NCBI GenBank assembly: GCA_048938105.1
Contig: JBHLMN010000006.1
Span: 192,001 to 256,000, forward strand
Origin: Promethearchaeota archaeon
Lineage (GTDB): Archaea; Asgardarchaeota; Heimdallarchaeia; Hodarchaeales; Hodarchaeaceae
Length of the DNA stretch: 64,000 nt
Direction of reading: 5' to 3'
Every line of letters starts with the position of its first letter. Positions within the stretch are counted from its first letter, which is position 1. Made by a program: the position numbers and the translations under genes. Below the pieces are notes generated by a model. The model was not told where the DNA came from, did not search any database, and saw only the letters and a list, made by a program, of their open reading frames with translations. Shown here piece by piece: positions 46,590-56,702 of this stretch.

Positions 46590-47573
46590 TTGGTGGGTTT
46601 ATCAGGTGATTTTGATGTCATTGTTGTAGGAGGTGGCCCAGCAGGGCTGTCCGCTGGAATTATTTCTTCTCTTAAAGGATTAAATACGGCAGTTTTCGAG
46701 GGAGGAACGTGGGGAGGGCTTTTAAGCACCATATATCCTAAAAAGAAGATCTATAATTACCCTGGCACCCCTCGTATTCGGGCTGAACATCTTGTTTCAG
46801 AGTGGGTTCGTCAAGCTGCAGATCACGGAGTGCATCTCATCAAAGAACGAATAACAAAAATATATAAGAATCTAGAAGTTGAGACTTCTGAAGGGGCAAT
46901 CTATCAAGCAAAATCAATTATTATTGCCACAGGAATGAAACCGAATGAATTGGGGATTCCTGGCGAATCAAAACTCTCTAAGAAAGATAGGGGAGTATAT
47001 CCTTATGTTATTGAACCAGAAATCTTTAATAATCGTCGTGTATTAGTTATAGGGGGTGGAGATACCGCTATTGATGCAGTTATCGATCTAAATAAGATTG
47101 CGCAAAAAATATATCTAGCACACCGACGAACAGAGTTCAGGGCATCAGAAACAAACTTGGAACTAGTAAAAAACGAAAAAATGGCCGACATTCTAACAAA
47201 TGTAACTATAAAAGAGATTCTTGGGCAACGTAAAGTGGAAGGAGCTATCCTAGAGGACGTTAACACTAGAGAGAAAATAGAACTTAACATTGAAAAAGTC
47301 ATCCTCGCAGTAGGGTTAACACCAAACACTGAGATTTTTCAGGATTTAGGATTAGAATTCCAAGGTAAATTCCTTAAGGCCGATGAACTTCAACGTACAA
47401 ATATTGAAGGAGTATTTGCTGCAGGAGACATTGTTACTCCTTACCAGTTAGCTACGGTGGCAGCTGCTCAAGGAGCTCTAGCTGCTCATGGTGCATATCT
47501 TTATATTCGTGATCCATACTGGAAACAAGAACATATGAAAGAGAAATCAGAAATTAAACACCAGATTCTCTAA
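46590..47573 (+). CDS. TrxB-fold flavoprotein lacking CxxC; likely ferredoxin-NADP(+) reductase (YumC type)
   Basis: GGGPAG, GGLLSTIYPKKKIYNYPG, GGGDTAID, HRR, FAAGD. GVYPYV occupies the position of the thioredoxin-reductase CxxC. Confidence 0.8.
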   Translation: MVGLSGDFDVIVVGGGPAGLSAGIISSLKGLNTAVFEGGTWGGLLSTIYPKKKIYNYPGTPRIRAEHLVSEWVRQAADHGVHLIKERITKIYKNLEVETSEGAIYQAKSIIIATGMKPNELGIPGESKLSKKDRGVYPYVIEPEIFNNRRVLVIGGGDTAIDAVIDLNKIAQKIYLAHRRTEFRASETNLELVKNEKMADILTNVTIKEILGQRKVEGAILEDVNTREKIELNIEKVILAVGLTPNTEIFQDLGLEFQGKFLKADELQRTNIEGVFAAGDIVTPYQLATVAAAQGALAAHGAYLYIRDPYWKQEHMKEKSEIKHQIL

Positions 47574-47635
47574 ATTCACTCTAATCATAAGGGCTTCTCA
47601 TTTGTTTAAAAAACCCGTAAGTTGAAGTGTGAGAA

Positions 47636-48475
47636 TTAATCATTTGACAAGAAAAAATCTTTCCTTCCTTCAAAAAACCTAGCTAATCTTCCAAGAATAG
47701 CTGATTCATCTTGAGAGAAGTATCTATCTTCATTTGAAATCTCCTTAATAGCTGGGATAAAATTTTTCAAGAAAGATTCTTTATTTATTCTTTCAGTTTC
47801 CGCTAATTTCCTAGTTCTACGAGCTATTGTGAAAGCTTTGTAAAGAAGTTCCTTATTTTTCCCAATACGATGAATAATCTCTTTATCTTCCTCAGATAAT
47901 TTATTACTAGGAATAGCCTCTTTGAAACTATTTAAAACCTTATCAAAACCTCCCAAGCTTGGATATAGCTCAACAATATAGTGTAATATATCTCGAATGT
48001 TGATTACCCGAATCGGATCATCTTCAATGATTGCGTAAGAATATCCTTGAACTTCCATCATATGGAGAGCACATGCTACTGAATCAGTCTTTTTGAGAAC
48101 AACAGGTGATTTTAGCATTGCTTCTCGAATTGGCTTATCTAAATTTATTGGTGATTCATTGCATACTCTTCGAAGAAGAGATCGTTCTGTAAATATCCCT
48201 TCTATCGATCGATCTAATCCTACAACAACCACTGAGCATTTTTGATGATCAATCATCAACCCAACTACTTCTCTAACTGATTTATTTGGTGGAACTTCAA
48301 GAGCTAGTGATTCTTGTCCTCCAACTTCCCCAAGACAATCCTCTAATATTGCTTTCTCGATTCTAGAGTCCATTTTTGGCTTTCTTTTTTCGATAACAAT
48401 ATCACTATTACAATTGGAGCAATAAAGTGATCCAGGTAAATTCTCATGTCCACAAACAGCACATCTTATCATCAA
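47636..48475 (-). CDS. Zinc-ribbon + CBS-pair protein with a C-terminal helical domain
   Basis: CAVCG...CSNC at the N-terminus; GIFTERSLL and VINIRDIL CBS motifs. Confidence 0.75.
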   Translation of the reverse strand: MMIRCAVCGHENLPGSLYCSNCNSDIVIEKRKPKMDSRIEKAILEDCLGEVGGQESLALEVPPNKSVREVVGLMIDHQKCSVVVVGLDRSIEGIFTERSLLRRVCNESPINLDKPIREAMLKSPVVLKKTDSVACALHMMEVQGYSYAIIEDDPIRVINIRDILHYIVELYPSLGGFDKVLNSFKEAIPSNKLSEEDKEIIHRIGKNKELLYKAFTIARRTRKLAETERINKESFLKNFIPAIKEISNEDRYFSQDESAILGRLARFFEGRKDFFLSND

Positions 48476-48510
48476 AGTAACCTCTTAATTTAGCGATTAG
48501 ATTCTTCAAA

Positions 48511-49527
48511 CTAGGTAACACTCCAAGTTTCTCCTTCACTAACCAAATCTTGGAGTGACTTGGTACGAGTTTCCTTGGCTTCTCTCATTGATTGTTCTAA
48601 CATCTCATTATATGTTTCCTTTTGTATTGCGCGAAATACACCAACTGGTTCAGGGAACTGAGGGTGACGCATTCGTGATAAAAAGAATGCTAAAGTAGGT
48701 TCTGTAGCATATTCATCATGATAAAGTAGATCTTCACGATTAAATCCTGCATCTTTATACTTAATGACTTTAGGTGTCAGACCGTGAAGAAAAATACCTT
48801 TTTCCATATCTCGACCAAAAACCATCGGCTCTCCATGTCTAAGTTCTAAGACATTATCATAACGTAATTCTTTATCTGTGGCGTAATTGAAGGCCCCATC
48901 ATTAAAAATTAAACAATTTTGATAGATTTCTATAAAAGCTGTCCCCTTATGGTTTGCAGCTCGTCGTAAAACCTCTCTCATATGGTCTCCGTATGAATAA
49001 ACAGTTCTAGCAATAAATGTTGCCTCAGCTCCAAGTGCCCATGAAATAGGATTGACAGCATAATCAATAGAACCTCTTGGTGACGATTTTGTTTTTTTAC
49101 CAAAAATAGAGGTTGGTGAGTATTGCCCTTTAGTTAATCCATAAATCTGATTGTTAAATAGAAGAATCTTGATGTCAACATTTCTCCGCATTGCATGCAT
49201 TAAGTGATTCCCTCCAATGCTCAATCCGTCCCCATCTCCAGTGACTACCCAAACAGAGAGATCAGGCCGACTACACTTTAATCCTGTGGCAATTGCTGGA
49301 GCCCTACCATGAATAGTATTCATCCCATAAGTGTTCATGTAATAAGGAAATCGTGAACTACAACCAATACCGCTAATGAATACAATATTCTCCTTTGGTA
49401 TGTTTAATGTTGGTAGAGTTTTTTTAATATTTGCTAAGATACTGTAGTCTCCACAACCAGGACACCAGCGAACATCAAGATCGGTAGCAAAGTCTTTTGG
49501 TGCTAAAACTGGTTCTGATTTGTTCAT
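48511..49527 (-). CDS. korB: 2-oxoacid:ferredoxin oxidoreductase beta subunit (two-subunit type)
   Basis: WCPGCGD, SGIGCSSR, HGRA, GDGD, NNQIYGLTKGQ. Confidence 0.92.
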   Translation of the reverse strand: MNKSEPVLAPKDFATDLDVRWCPGCGDYSILANIKKTLPTLNIPKENIVFISGIGCSSRFPYYMNTYGMNTIHGRAPAIATGLKCSRPDLSVWVVTGDGDGLSIGGNHLMHAMRRNVDIKILLFNNQIYGLTKGQYSPTSIFGKKTKSSPRGSIDYAVNPISWALGAEATFIARTVYSYGDHMREVLRRAANHKGTAFIEIYQNCLIFNDGAFNYATDKELRYDNVLELRHGEPMVFGRDMEKGIFLHGLTPKVIKYKDAGFNREDLLYHDEYATEPTLAFFLSRMRHPQFPEPVGVFRAIQKETYNEMLEQSMREAKETRTKSLQDLVSEGETWSVT

Positions 49528-49531
49528 CGTC

Positions 49532-51415
49532 TTATTCAGCTCCTAAAACGTTCAGAATTTTATCTTGAATCTCCCTTACTTGGAATGGTCTTCCCTGTAC
49601 TTTAGATAATCCAGTAGTTTTAATTGAATACCTTGCTTGAACCATAAATTGTAATTGTCCTAAATTCATCTCCGGAATCAAGATCTTATTGTAAGATTGT
49701 AGAATTTCTTCCAAATTTGGAGGAAAAGGATTTAAGTATTTTAAATTTGTATTTGCAACGCTGTAACCCTGTTTTCTCATATTTTTTGCAGCCGTATAAG
49801 CTGCTCCATATGTCGATCCCCAACTAAGGACTAATAAATCACCCTTTTTAGGACCTTCTATCTTTTGCAGAGGAATGTCTCTCGTAATCCTTCTAATTTT
49901 CTCTGCTCTTACATTGACCATTTTTTCATGATTTAAAGGGTCGTAGCTTACATTACCAGTCACCTCTTCCTTCTCCAACCCCCCTGTACGATATTCTAAT
50001 CCTTTAACTCCTGGGATCGCCCATGGTCTTACTAGATTCTCATTACGAATGTATGGATGAAATATGTCAGAATCTTTTAGGAATTCTTTTGAAGGATGTT
50101 GAACATCTATTTCTTTGTACTGGCTTATATCAGGGATTCTCCAAGGATCAATGTTATTTGCAACAAAACCATCACTGAGAATTACGACAGGAGTCATATA
50201 TTTAATAGCAAGTCTTACAGCTTCTATCGCAGTCTCGAAACAATCCCCAGGTGTCTGTGGGGCGATAACTGGTAGAGGAGACTCACCATTTCGTCCAAAT
50301 AGTGCTTGCAAGAGGTCTCCTTGTTCTGATTTGGTTGGCATCCCAGTACTCGGACCTGCTCTCTGTACATTAATAACTACGAGTGGTAATTCAGTAATTA
50401 CGGCAAGCCCCAACGCTTCGGTCATTAAAGCAAATCCTGGCCCTGATGTTCCAGCGACTCCAATAATTCCTCCAAATGAAGCACCAATGGCTGAACCAAT
50501 AGCAGCTATCTCATCCTCAGCTTGAAAAACCCGTACCCCAAACTCTTTATGCTTTACTAGTTCATGTAATAGATCGCTAGCAGGGGTTATTGGATATGCT
50601 CCATAAAATAATTCTTTTTTTGCAAGATTGGCTGCTGCAATTAAACCCAAACTCAAAGCTTCATTACCAGAAATGTATCTGTAAAGTCCTGGTTTCATTT
50701 TAGCTGGGGGAACATGATACTGAATTGGAAATAGTTCAGCAGTTTCTCCAAAATTGTACCCGGCTTTTAATGTCTTAATATTTGCTTTTACTATCGCAGG
50801 ACGATGTTTGAATTTTTCTTCAATCCATTCAACAGTAGGGGTAAGAGGTCGATCATACAACCAAGAAATTAATCCGAGAGCAAAGAAGTTCTTTGTTAAA
50901 TCAATTTGCTTAAAAGATAACCCCTCAGATTCTACAGCTGTCTGATTTAGTTTTGTTATACTTATAGGGTAAACATGATAATTTCGTAGCGAATTATCCT
51001 CCAATGGATTTTGATTATATCTGGCTTTTTCTAAGTTTCTATCAGTAAATGTGTCTTGATTTACTATCAAGATTCCTTTTGGTTTTAAATCTGGTAGATT
51101 AACTTTTAATGCAGCAGGATTCATTACTACAAGAGCATCTAAATCATCCCCAGGAGTAGAGATAGTCTCCGAAGAAAAATGTATCTGAAACCCCGAAACA
51201 CCTGCAAGTGTACCTGCAGGTGCTCGGATCTCTCCTGGGAAATCAGGGAAAGTAGAAATGTCATTACCATAAATTACTGACGCAGTAGTGAATTTTAATC
51301 CAGCTAATTGCATTCCATCTCCACTATCCCCTGCGAGTCGAATCACAACATGATCAAGAGTAGAAATTTCCTTATCCTGATCCGTTTTCTTCTCCTCTGA
51401 GACTATTTCTTCCAT
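49532..51415 (-). CDS. korA: 2-oxoacid:ferredoxin oxidoreductase alpha subunit with fused gamma domain
   Basis: AGDSGDGMQL, EIRAPAGT, YPITPAS, QAEDE, RAGPSTG. Confidence 0.92.
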   Translation of the reverse strand: MEEIVSEEKKTDQDKEISTLDHVVIRLAGDSGDGMQLAGLKFTTASVIYGNDISTFPDFPGEIRAPAGTLAGVSGFQIHFSSETISTPGDDLDALVVMNPAALKVNLPDLKPKGILIVNQDTFTDRNLEKARYNQNPLEDNSLRNYHVYPISITKLNQTAVESEGLSFKQIDLTKNFFALGLISWLYDRPLTPTVEWIEEKFKHRPAIVKANIKTLKAGYNFGETAELFPIQYHVPPAKMKPGLYRYISGNEALSLGLIAAANLAKKELFYGAYPITPASDLLHELVKHKEFGVRVFQAEDEIAAIGSAIGASFGGIIGVAGTSGPGFALMTEALGLAVITELPLVVINVQRAGPSTGMPTKSEQGDLLQALFGRNGESPLPVIAPQTPGDCFETAIEAVRLAIKYMTPVVILSDGFVANNIDPWRIPDISQYKEIDVQHPSKEFLKDSDIFHPYIRNENLVRPWAIPGVKGLEYRTGGLEKEEVTGNVSYDPLNHEKMVNVRAEKIRRITRDIPLQKIEGPKKGDLLVLSWGSTYGAAYTAAKNMRKQGYSVANTNLKYLNPFPPNLEEILQSYNKILIPEMNLGQLQFMVQARYSIKTTGLSKVQGRPFQVREIQDKILNVLGAE

Positions 51416-51438
51416 AATGTTTCACCGAAATTTGCTGT

Positions 51439-51918
51439 TCAAGCTCCTTCTCTCTCTTTCTGGTCTGGTTGATCTGGTATTAGAGTATAAATGCTCTCAG
51501 CAAAATAGTCTACTAAATAAGATACAAAATCTCTAACTGAAACAACACCTTTCACTTTTCCTTGATCGACTATCGGCATATGCATGAAATTATTTTTTTC
51601 CATTGTCATTACAAGTTGGGATATCGGTTCAGTCCTTTCCATACAACACTCTAATTCAGTTGACATTATAGTACTTATTGGAGCTTCCTCATCCAGAGTA
51701 CTATCTCTCACCCAACGCACAATACGCTGTTCTGTAACGATACCCTTAAATCTCTCTTGATCATCTAATATGCAGACATAATCTGTTTCCTTATCTAGCA
51801 TGGATTTAATGGTTTCTCTAATACTTGCTGTTTCAGGTAATGTATTAAGCTGTTTGCGAATTAAACGCTCACATGGATCCTTTCGGAATAACTTAAGAAT
51901 ATAGTCTCCATATTCCAT
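51439..51918 (-). CDS. CBS-domain pair protein
   Basis: GIVTEQRI and GVVSVRDF CBS motifs. Confidence 0.85.
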   Translation of the reverse strand: MEYGDYILKLFRKDPCERLIRKQLNTLPETASIRETIKSMLDKETDYVCILDDQERFKGIVTEQRIVRWVRDSTLDEEAPISTIMSTELECCMERTEPISQLVMTMEKNNFMHMPIVDQGKVKGVVSVRDFVSYLVDYFAESIYTLIPDQPDQKEREGA

Positions 51919-51979
51919 TTTTTAACCACATTATTTCAGTTTTTTTTAAAATACATGTAATTATGCTGTTGACACTCCA

Positions 51980-54694
51980 TTAACTAATGATTGAAACTAG
52001 ATATTGCAGAATTCCTCCACTCTTATAGTATTCAATTTCAATAGCCGTATCCAAACGCACTGTGACAGAAAATTCAAGTGGAGAACCATCTGTTTTACAT
52101 GCAATCACCTTGAGCTTCTTTTTTGGAGTTATACCTTCGCTTAATCCTACAATATCGAATTTCTCTGTCCCATTTAAACCGAGTTCCTGCCACCCCTGAT
52201 TAGCTTCAAATTCTAATGGAAGTACCCCCATTCCAATAAGGTTACTTCTATGAATCCGTTCAAAAGATTTGGCAATTACTGCCTTAGTTCCTAATAAAGC
52301 AGGTCCTTTTGCAGCCCAATCTCTAGAACTTCCTACACCGTATAGATCTGAACCTAAAATGATTGTTGGAGCGTTTTCTTTATCGTATCTCATTGCTGCA
52401 TCATATACACTCATGACTTCCCCAGTGGGATGATATTTAGTCCACCATCCCTCTTTTTCTGGTGTTAGCTGGTTTCTAACCCTAACATTGGCGAAAGTGC
52501 CCCGCATCATTACTTCATGATTCCCTCTTCGACTGCCATATGTATTAAACTCTGTTTTAGGGATCCCCTTATCTATTAGATATTTCCCTGCAGGACTTTC
52601 TGGGGCAATAGCTCCTGCGGGTGAAATATGGTCTGTAGACACTTTATCTTCTAGCAAGATTAGTACATTAGCATCCTTGATATCCTCGGGTTCCTTAAGC
52701 TGAGGGGAAAAGAATTTTTTACTGAAAAATGGAGGTTTTTTAATATATGTCGAATCAGGATCCCATTCAAAGAGAGTTGTTGTTGGAGCTTCTAATTTTT
52801 GCCAATTAGGATCTCCTTCTGTTATCTTAGCATATTCTTTCTTATAAATTTCGGCTGAAATACAACGATCGATCGCTTCTTGTATTTCTTCCTGACTAGG
52901 CCAGATGTCTTTCAGAAATACAGGTTTACCGTTTGGTGTATAACCAATGGGTTCAGTCGTTATGTTAATGTCAATGGTTCCAGCCAATGCATATGTTACA
53001 ACTAGCATTGGAGATGCAAGAAAGTTTCCACGAGTTAATTGGTGAATTCGTCCACCATAATTCCGATTTCCACTTAGAATGGAAGTAACATACAAGTCAT
53101 TCTTCTTGATAGCATCTTCAATTTCTGTTCTTAATGGACCACTATTCCCAATACAAGTGGTACACCCGTATCCAACAAGATGGAAACCTATAGCCTCCAG
53201 ATATGAAGAAAGGCCAAGATCTTCTAAATAATCTGTCACAACTTTAGAGCCTGGTGCCAAACTAGTCTTAATAAAAGGCCTCACTCGCAATCCTAATTTA
53301 ACAGCTTTCTTTGCTAATAAGCCTGCTCCAACCATAACTGATGGATTCGAAGTATTTGTACAAGATGTTATTGCAGCAATGACTAAATCTCCCTCTTTTA
53401 TAGGCCAAGACATACCATCCAAATCAACATTGGTTACCAACCGTTCTCTCCCTCGAGCTCTTGTATGCTCATCTAAAAACTTGTTTAACCTGGCTTTAAC
53501 TTCTGAAATGCCAACCTGTTCTTCAGGATTTAATGGCCCAGATATAGATGATCTGATATTACTCAAGTCTACTTCAATAACCTCTGTAAATGTCAGATCT
53601 GGCGTATCAGGATATCTAAAGAGTTTATTCTTCTTTGCATAATTTTCAACAAATTTAATGTGAACAGGATCTCTACCACTTAATTTCAAATATGAAATGG
53701 TCTGATCATCAATCGGAAAAAATCCAATAGTAATTGCTTGTTCTGGAGACATATTTGAGAGGGTCGCCCGATCAGGAACAGTCAAACTAGCAACTCCTGG
53801 TCCAAAATATTCTACAAAACGCCCTACTAAGCTTCTTTTTCGGAGATTTTCAGTTATTGTCAGAACAAGATCGGTTGCTGTAGTCCCTTCAGGGAGAGTT
53901 CCTGTTAATTTAATACCAATAACTTCAGGAAGCGGCATATAATACGGTTGGCCTAACATTACCGCTTCTGCTTCTATCCCTCCAACCCCCCAGCCAATCA
54001 CTGCAACACCATTTACCATAGGAGTGTGTGAATCCGTACCTACACAGGTATCTAGAACAGCAGTCATTTCTCCTTTAAAGTTTCGCATATCAACAACTGA
54101 AGCTAGGTATTCTAAATTCACTTGATGGCAAATCCCAGAACCAGTAGGTACAATTCTTGTGTTATCAAAAGAATTTTGGGCCCATTTGATTAACTTATAA
54201 CGCTCACTATTCCTTTCATATTCTTTCTCCAAATTTAACGGGTAAGCATCATGAACCCCATAGAAATCCACTTGAACACTATGATCAATAACTAAATCTG
54301 TTGGGATTAAAGGATTTATCTTAGTAGGATCTCCACCCAATTCACTAACTGCATCTCGAATAGCTGCCATGTCCACAATCAACGGAATACCCGTTAAGTC
54401 TTGTAAAAGAACACGTGAAGGCATATATGGAATTGTTTCCCCCGTAGACTGAGGCCAATTCGCAATAGAATTCACATGTTCAAGAGTGACGAGTTTACCA
54501 TCATAATTACGTATACTATTTTCAAGAAGCACACGAATTGAAAAAGGTAGTTTATCAAGATTAATACCAGTAAGCTTTCCTAGTGTTGGTAAGCTATAAA
54601 ATGTACATTCACCTAAACCAAAATCTTGTTTCAGTTTAGTTTGAGTAATTATTTCTTCATCTAATTCATTCATAATATAAAGATTAAAACACAT
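51980..54694 (-). CDS. acnA: Aconitate hydratase AcnA (IRP1-like large type)
   Basis: LPFSIRVLLEN, RVLLQD, DHSVQVD, GTDSHT, ITSCTNTSNP, GCTTCIGNSG, TDHISPAG, GSSRDWAAKG. The likely start is the internal ATG (MNELD). Confidence 0.95.
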   Translation of the reverse strand: MCFNLYIMNELDEEIITQTKLKQDFGLGECTFYSLPTLGKLTGINLDKLPFSIRVLLENSIRNYDGKLVTLEHVNSIANWPQSTGETIPYMPSRVLLQDLTGIPLIVDMAAIRDAVSELGGDPTKINPLIPTDLVIDHSVQVDFYGVHDAYPLNLEKEYERNSERYKLIKWAQNSFDNTRIVPTGSGICHQVNLEYLASVVDMRNFKGEMTAVLDTCVGTDSHTPMVNGVAVIGWGVGGIEAEAVMLGQPYYMPLPEVIGIKLTGTLPEGTTATDLVLTITENLRKRSLVGRFVEYFGPGVASLTVPDRATLSNMSPEQAITIGFFPIDDQTISYLKLSGRDPVHIKFVENYAKKNKLFRYPDTPDLTFTEVIEVDLSNIRSSISGPLNPEEQVGISEVKARLNKFLDEHTRARGRERLVTNVDLDGMSWPIKEGDLVIAAITSCTNTSNPSVMVGAGLLAKKAVKLGLRVRPFIKTSLAPGSKVVTDYLEDLGLSSYLEAIGFHLVGYGCTTCIGNSGPLRTEIEDAIKKNDLYVTSILSGNRNYGGRIHQLTRGNFLASPMLVVTYALAGTIDINITTEPIGYTPNGKPVFLKDIWPSQEEIQEAIDRCISAEIYKKEYAKITEGDPNWQKLEAPTTTLFEWDPDSTYIKKPPFFSKKFFSPQLKEPEDIKDANVLILLEDKVSTDHISPAGAIAPESPAGKYLIDKGIPKTEFNTYGSRRGNHEVMMRGTFANVRVRNQLTPEKEGWWTKYHPTGEVMSVYDAAMRYDKENAPTIILGSDLYGVGSSRDWAAKGPALLGTKAVIAKSFERIHRSNLIGMGVLPLEFEANQGWQELGLNGTEKFDIVGLSEGITPKKKLKVIACKTDGSPLEFSVTVRLDTAIEIEYYKSGGILQYLVSIIS

Positions 54695-55092
54695 TAATTT
54701 AAGATTTAGGGCTTGGTTTTCGTAATTTTTAATTAATGACCAGTATATTCACTCATTATCTTAAGTTTACACCATATTACTCTCCCTTACAAATAAGGAT
54801 CCATTTGATATAAATAAAAAATGCAAGAAATGAGAATTAAGGCGATTAAACTGAACAATCTTACAATAAGAAATACCTTAGTGATAAAGAATGGAATAGA
54901 AATTCCATGGATAGGAGGAGGAGTTTACCGTAGTACTCCCAGTGATGTAACTAGATAGACAGTATTATTGTTATTATAAGTTTGATATTGTCCTTACAAA
55001 AAAAGCATGAACAACCTACGTAATTTTCTTTTGAAGAATTGAGAATTCTTGAATATTATTATACTAATTTGAAGAACTTTTGTTTATATCAA

Positions 55093-56115
55093 CTAAATAA
55101 CGATTTTTTTTATTATCATTTCATTATCATCATCAATTTTTAGGAAATAAATCACTCCTTCTTCATTCGAGGGTTTAAACTCGATGGAAAGATCGGTTTT
55201 TGGGGCCCAGTTTTTTAATGATGATACATAGACATTCTTACCAAAAAATCCCTTTGATTCAATAACTTTCAAAAGAACATCATGTATAATATCTGGACTA
55301 TCATTGCGAACGATCACTCGAATGATTTTTTCATTAATCACATGTTCAGTCCGAATAATTTTGATATGTTCGTGTTTTAGGCCAAAAACTGCTTTTTTCT
55401 CCTCCTCTTGAACCTCAGTTCTCTTTCTTGTGGGTATTGAAAAATGTATCATTTTATGTTCAGAATTGTGTTGTTGTAGTTTTGATTCCAGAATTTCAGC
55501 ATCCTCACCTTCCCGATGGCTTTTTTCCAGTTGAGCTTCTAGCTTTGTTATAGGGAATTTCGGAATTAGTGATTTACATAGCTGGGTAAGATGTTCCTCA
55601 ACTTTTTTAGATTTTTTTTTAAGAAAATCTCCAATTTTTGAAGCTTCATTTAATCTAATATTTTTTTCTACAAGAAAACCTAAATTTTCGCCAATACTGC
55701 CTTCAATCCGAGTCTTTAGTACATGTAGTATTTCATGAGCAATAAAAGATACCAATGAAGGTGCTCTGACAACAAGTACAAATCGTTCGTCTTGCCACTT
55801 TATTGTATTCATTCCAGGGCGTCTTTTCATTCTATGTGTAGGACAAAAAACTAGCGTGGCTGTGTAGACAATATTTCCTAATTCAACATCCATAGTAGTA
55901 AATTTTCTTGTTTCTAAGAACTTATCCTGGTTCCACCAAATGCTATGAATTGAAATTATCTGCTTCTCGTTTTCATTCGTTAGGAGCTCCTTGGGATATG
56001 CAAAAAGTGGGATATGTCCTCTGATTTCGTCAAAAAAGAAGAGAAAAAATCCATAGGAATTGTCCACAACGAATTTATCAGTATTCAAACGTTGGGAGAC
56101 ATTTCCATTCGTCAT
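55093..56115 (-). CDS. Hypothetical protein with an N-terminal uDENN/longin-like region
   Basis: FFFDEIRGHIPLFAYP resembles the uDENN FDxxxGxxxxxxYP motif; beta-rich C-terminal domain. Confidence 0.55.
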   Translation of the reverse strand: MTNGNVSQRLNTDKFVVDNSYGFFLFFFDEIRGHIPLFAYPKELLTNENEKQIISIHSIWWNQDKFLETRKFTTMDVELGNIVYTATLVFCPTHRMKRRPGMNTIKWQDERFVLVVRAPSLVSFIAHEILHVLKTRIEGSIGENLGFLVEKNIRLNEASKIGDFLKKKSKKVEEHLTQLCKSLIPKFPITKLEAQLEKSHREGEDAEILESKLQQHNSEHKMIHFSIPTRKRTEVQEEEKKAVFGLKHEHIKIIRTEHVINEKIIRVIVRNDSPDIIHDVLLKVIESKGFFGKNVYVSSLKNWAPKTDLSIEFKPSNEEGVIYFLKIDDDNEMIIKKIVI

Positions 56116-56702
56116 AGTTAGGTATTTCTCCTTGATACCACTCTTTAAATGAGTCCAAAATTAATCATTTTTCGCAAATGATGATATAAGGTAGATTTAC
56201 TCTTATTCATATGTTTGGTAAGCTCAGTTAGACTAATCAAGATGAACAGTTTAATTAAAATATCTAATGTTGATGAGTTTTCAGCAATTAAAAATATTCC
56301 AGATTCCAGTATTAACAAAGAAGTTATTTGTATTTAAGGAATCTTAATATGAGTGACATCATTCCTACCCTTGTTTAAAACATGTCGAATTAGCAAAACT
56401 GTGAAATTTATTAAGTAATGATTCATGATAAAATCTTTATGTGAGTTTAGACTAATTAAAAGCAATAAACGTGATTAAGATCTAGGAGATATTTAGGATA
56501 GCTAATGAATTTGAATGGATAAAGGAGTAACTTCCCTCATATTATCGACTGAATTCATACCTTCCTTTTTAAGCCCTCTTACCTCCATTGTGACAACTTT
56601 CCATTTAATGTTCTCTGTATATTCCAACTGTTAAAAATCGGCAATTATATTTTTAGCTTCTTCGGTTCCAATAAATGCAGAACTTAGAGCTATTTTCGAT
56701 AT

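Noticed and set aside
46590-47573. Calling this gene thioredoxin reductase (trxB)
   Set aside because: The redox-active CxxC is absent (GVYPYV), and the YPKKKIYNYPG motif fits YumC-type ferredoxin-NADP reductases
56500-56700. Possible degraded coding remnant on the minus strand (…IGTEEAKNIIADF*QLEY…)
   Set aside because: Short, interrupted by a stop and not assignable to any family without a search
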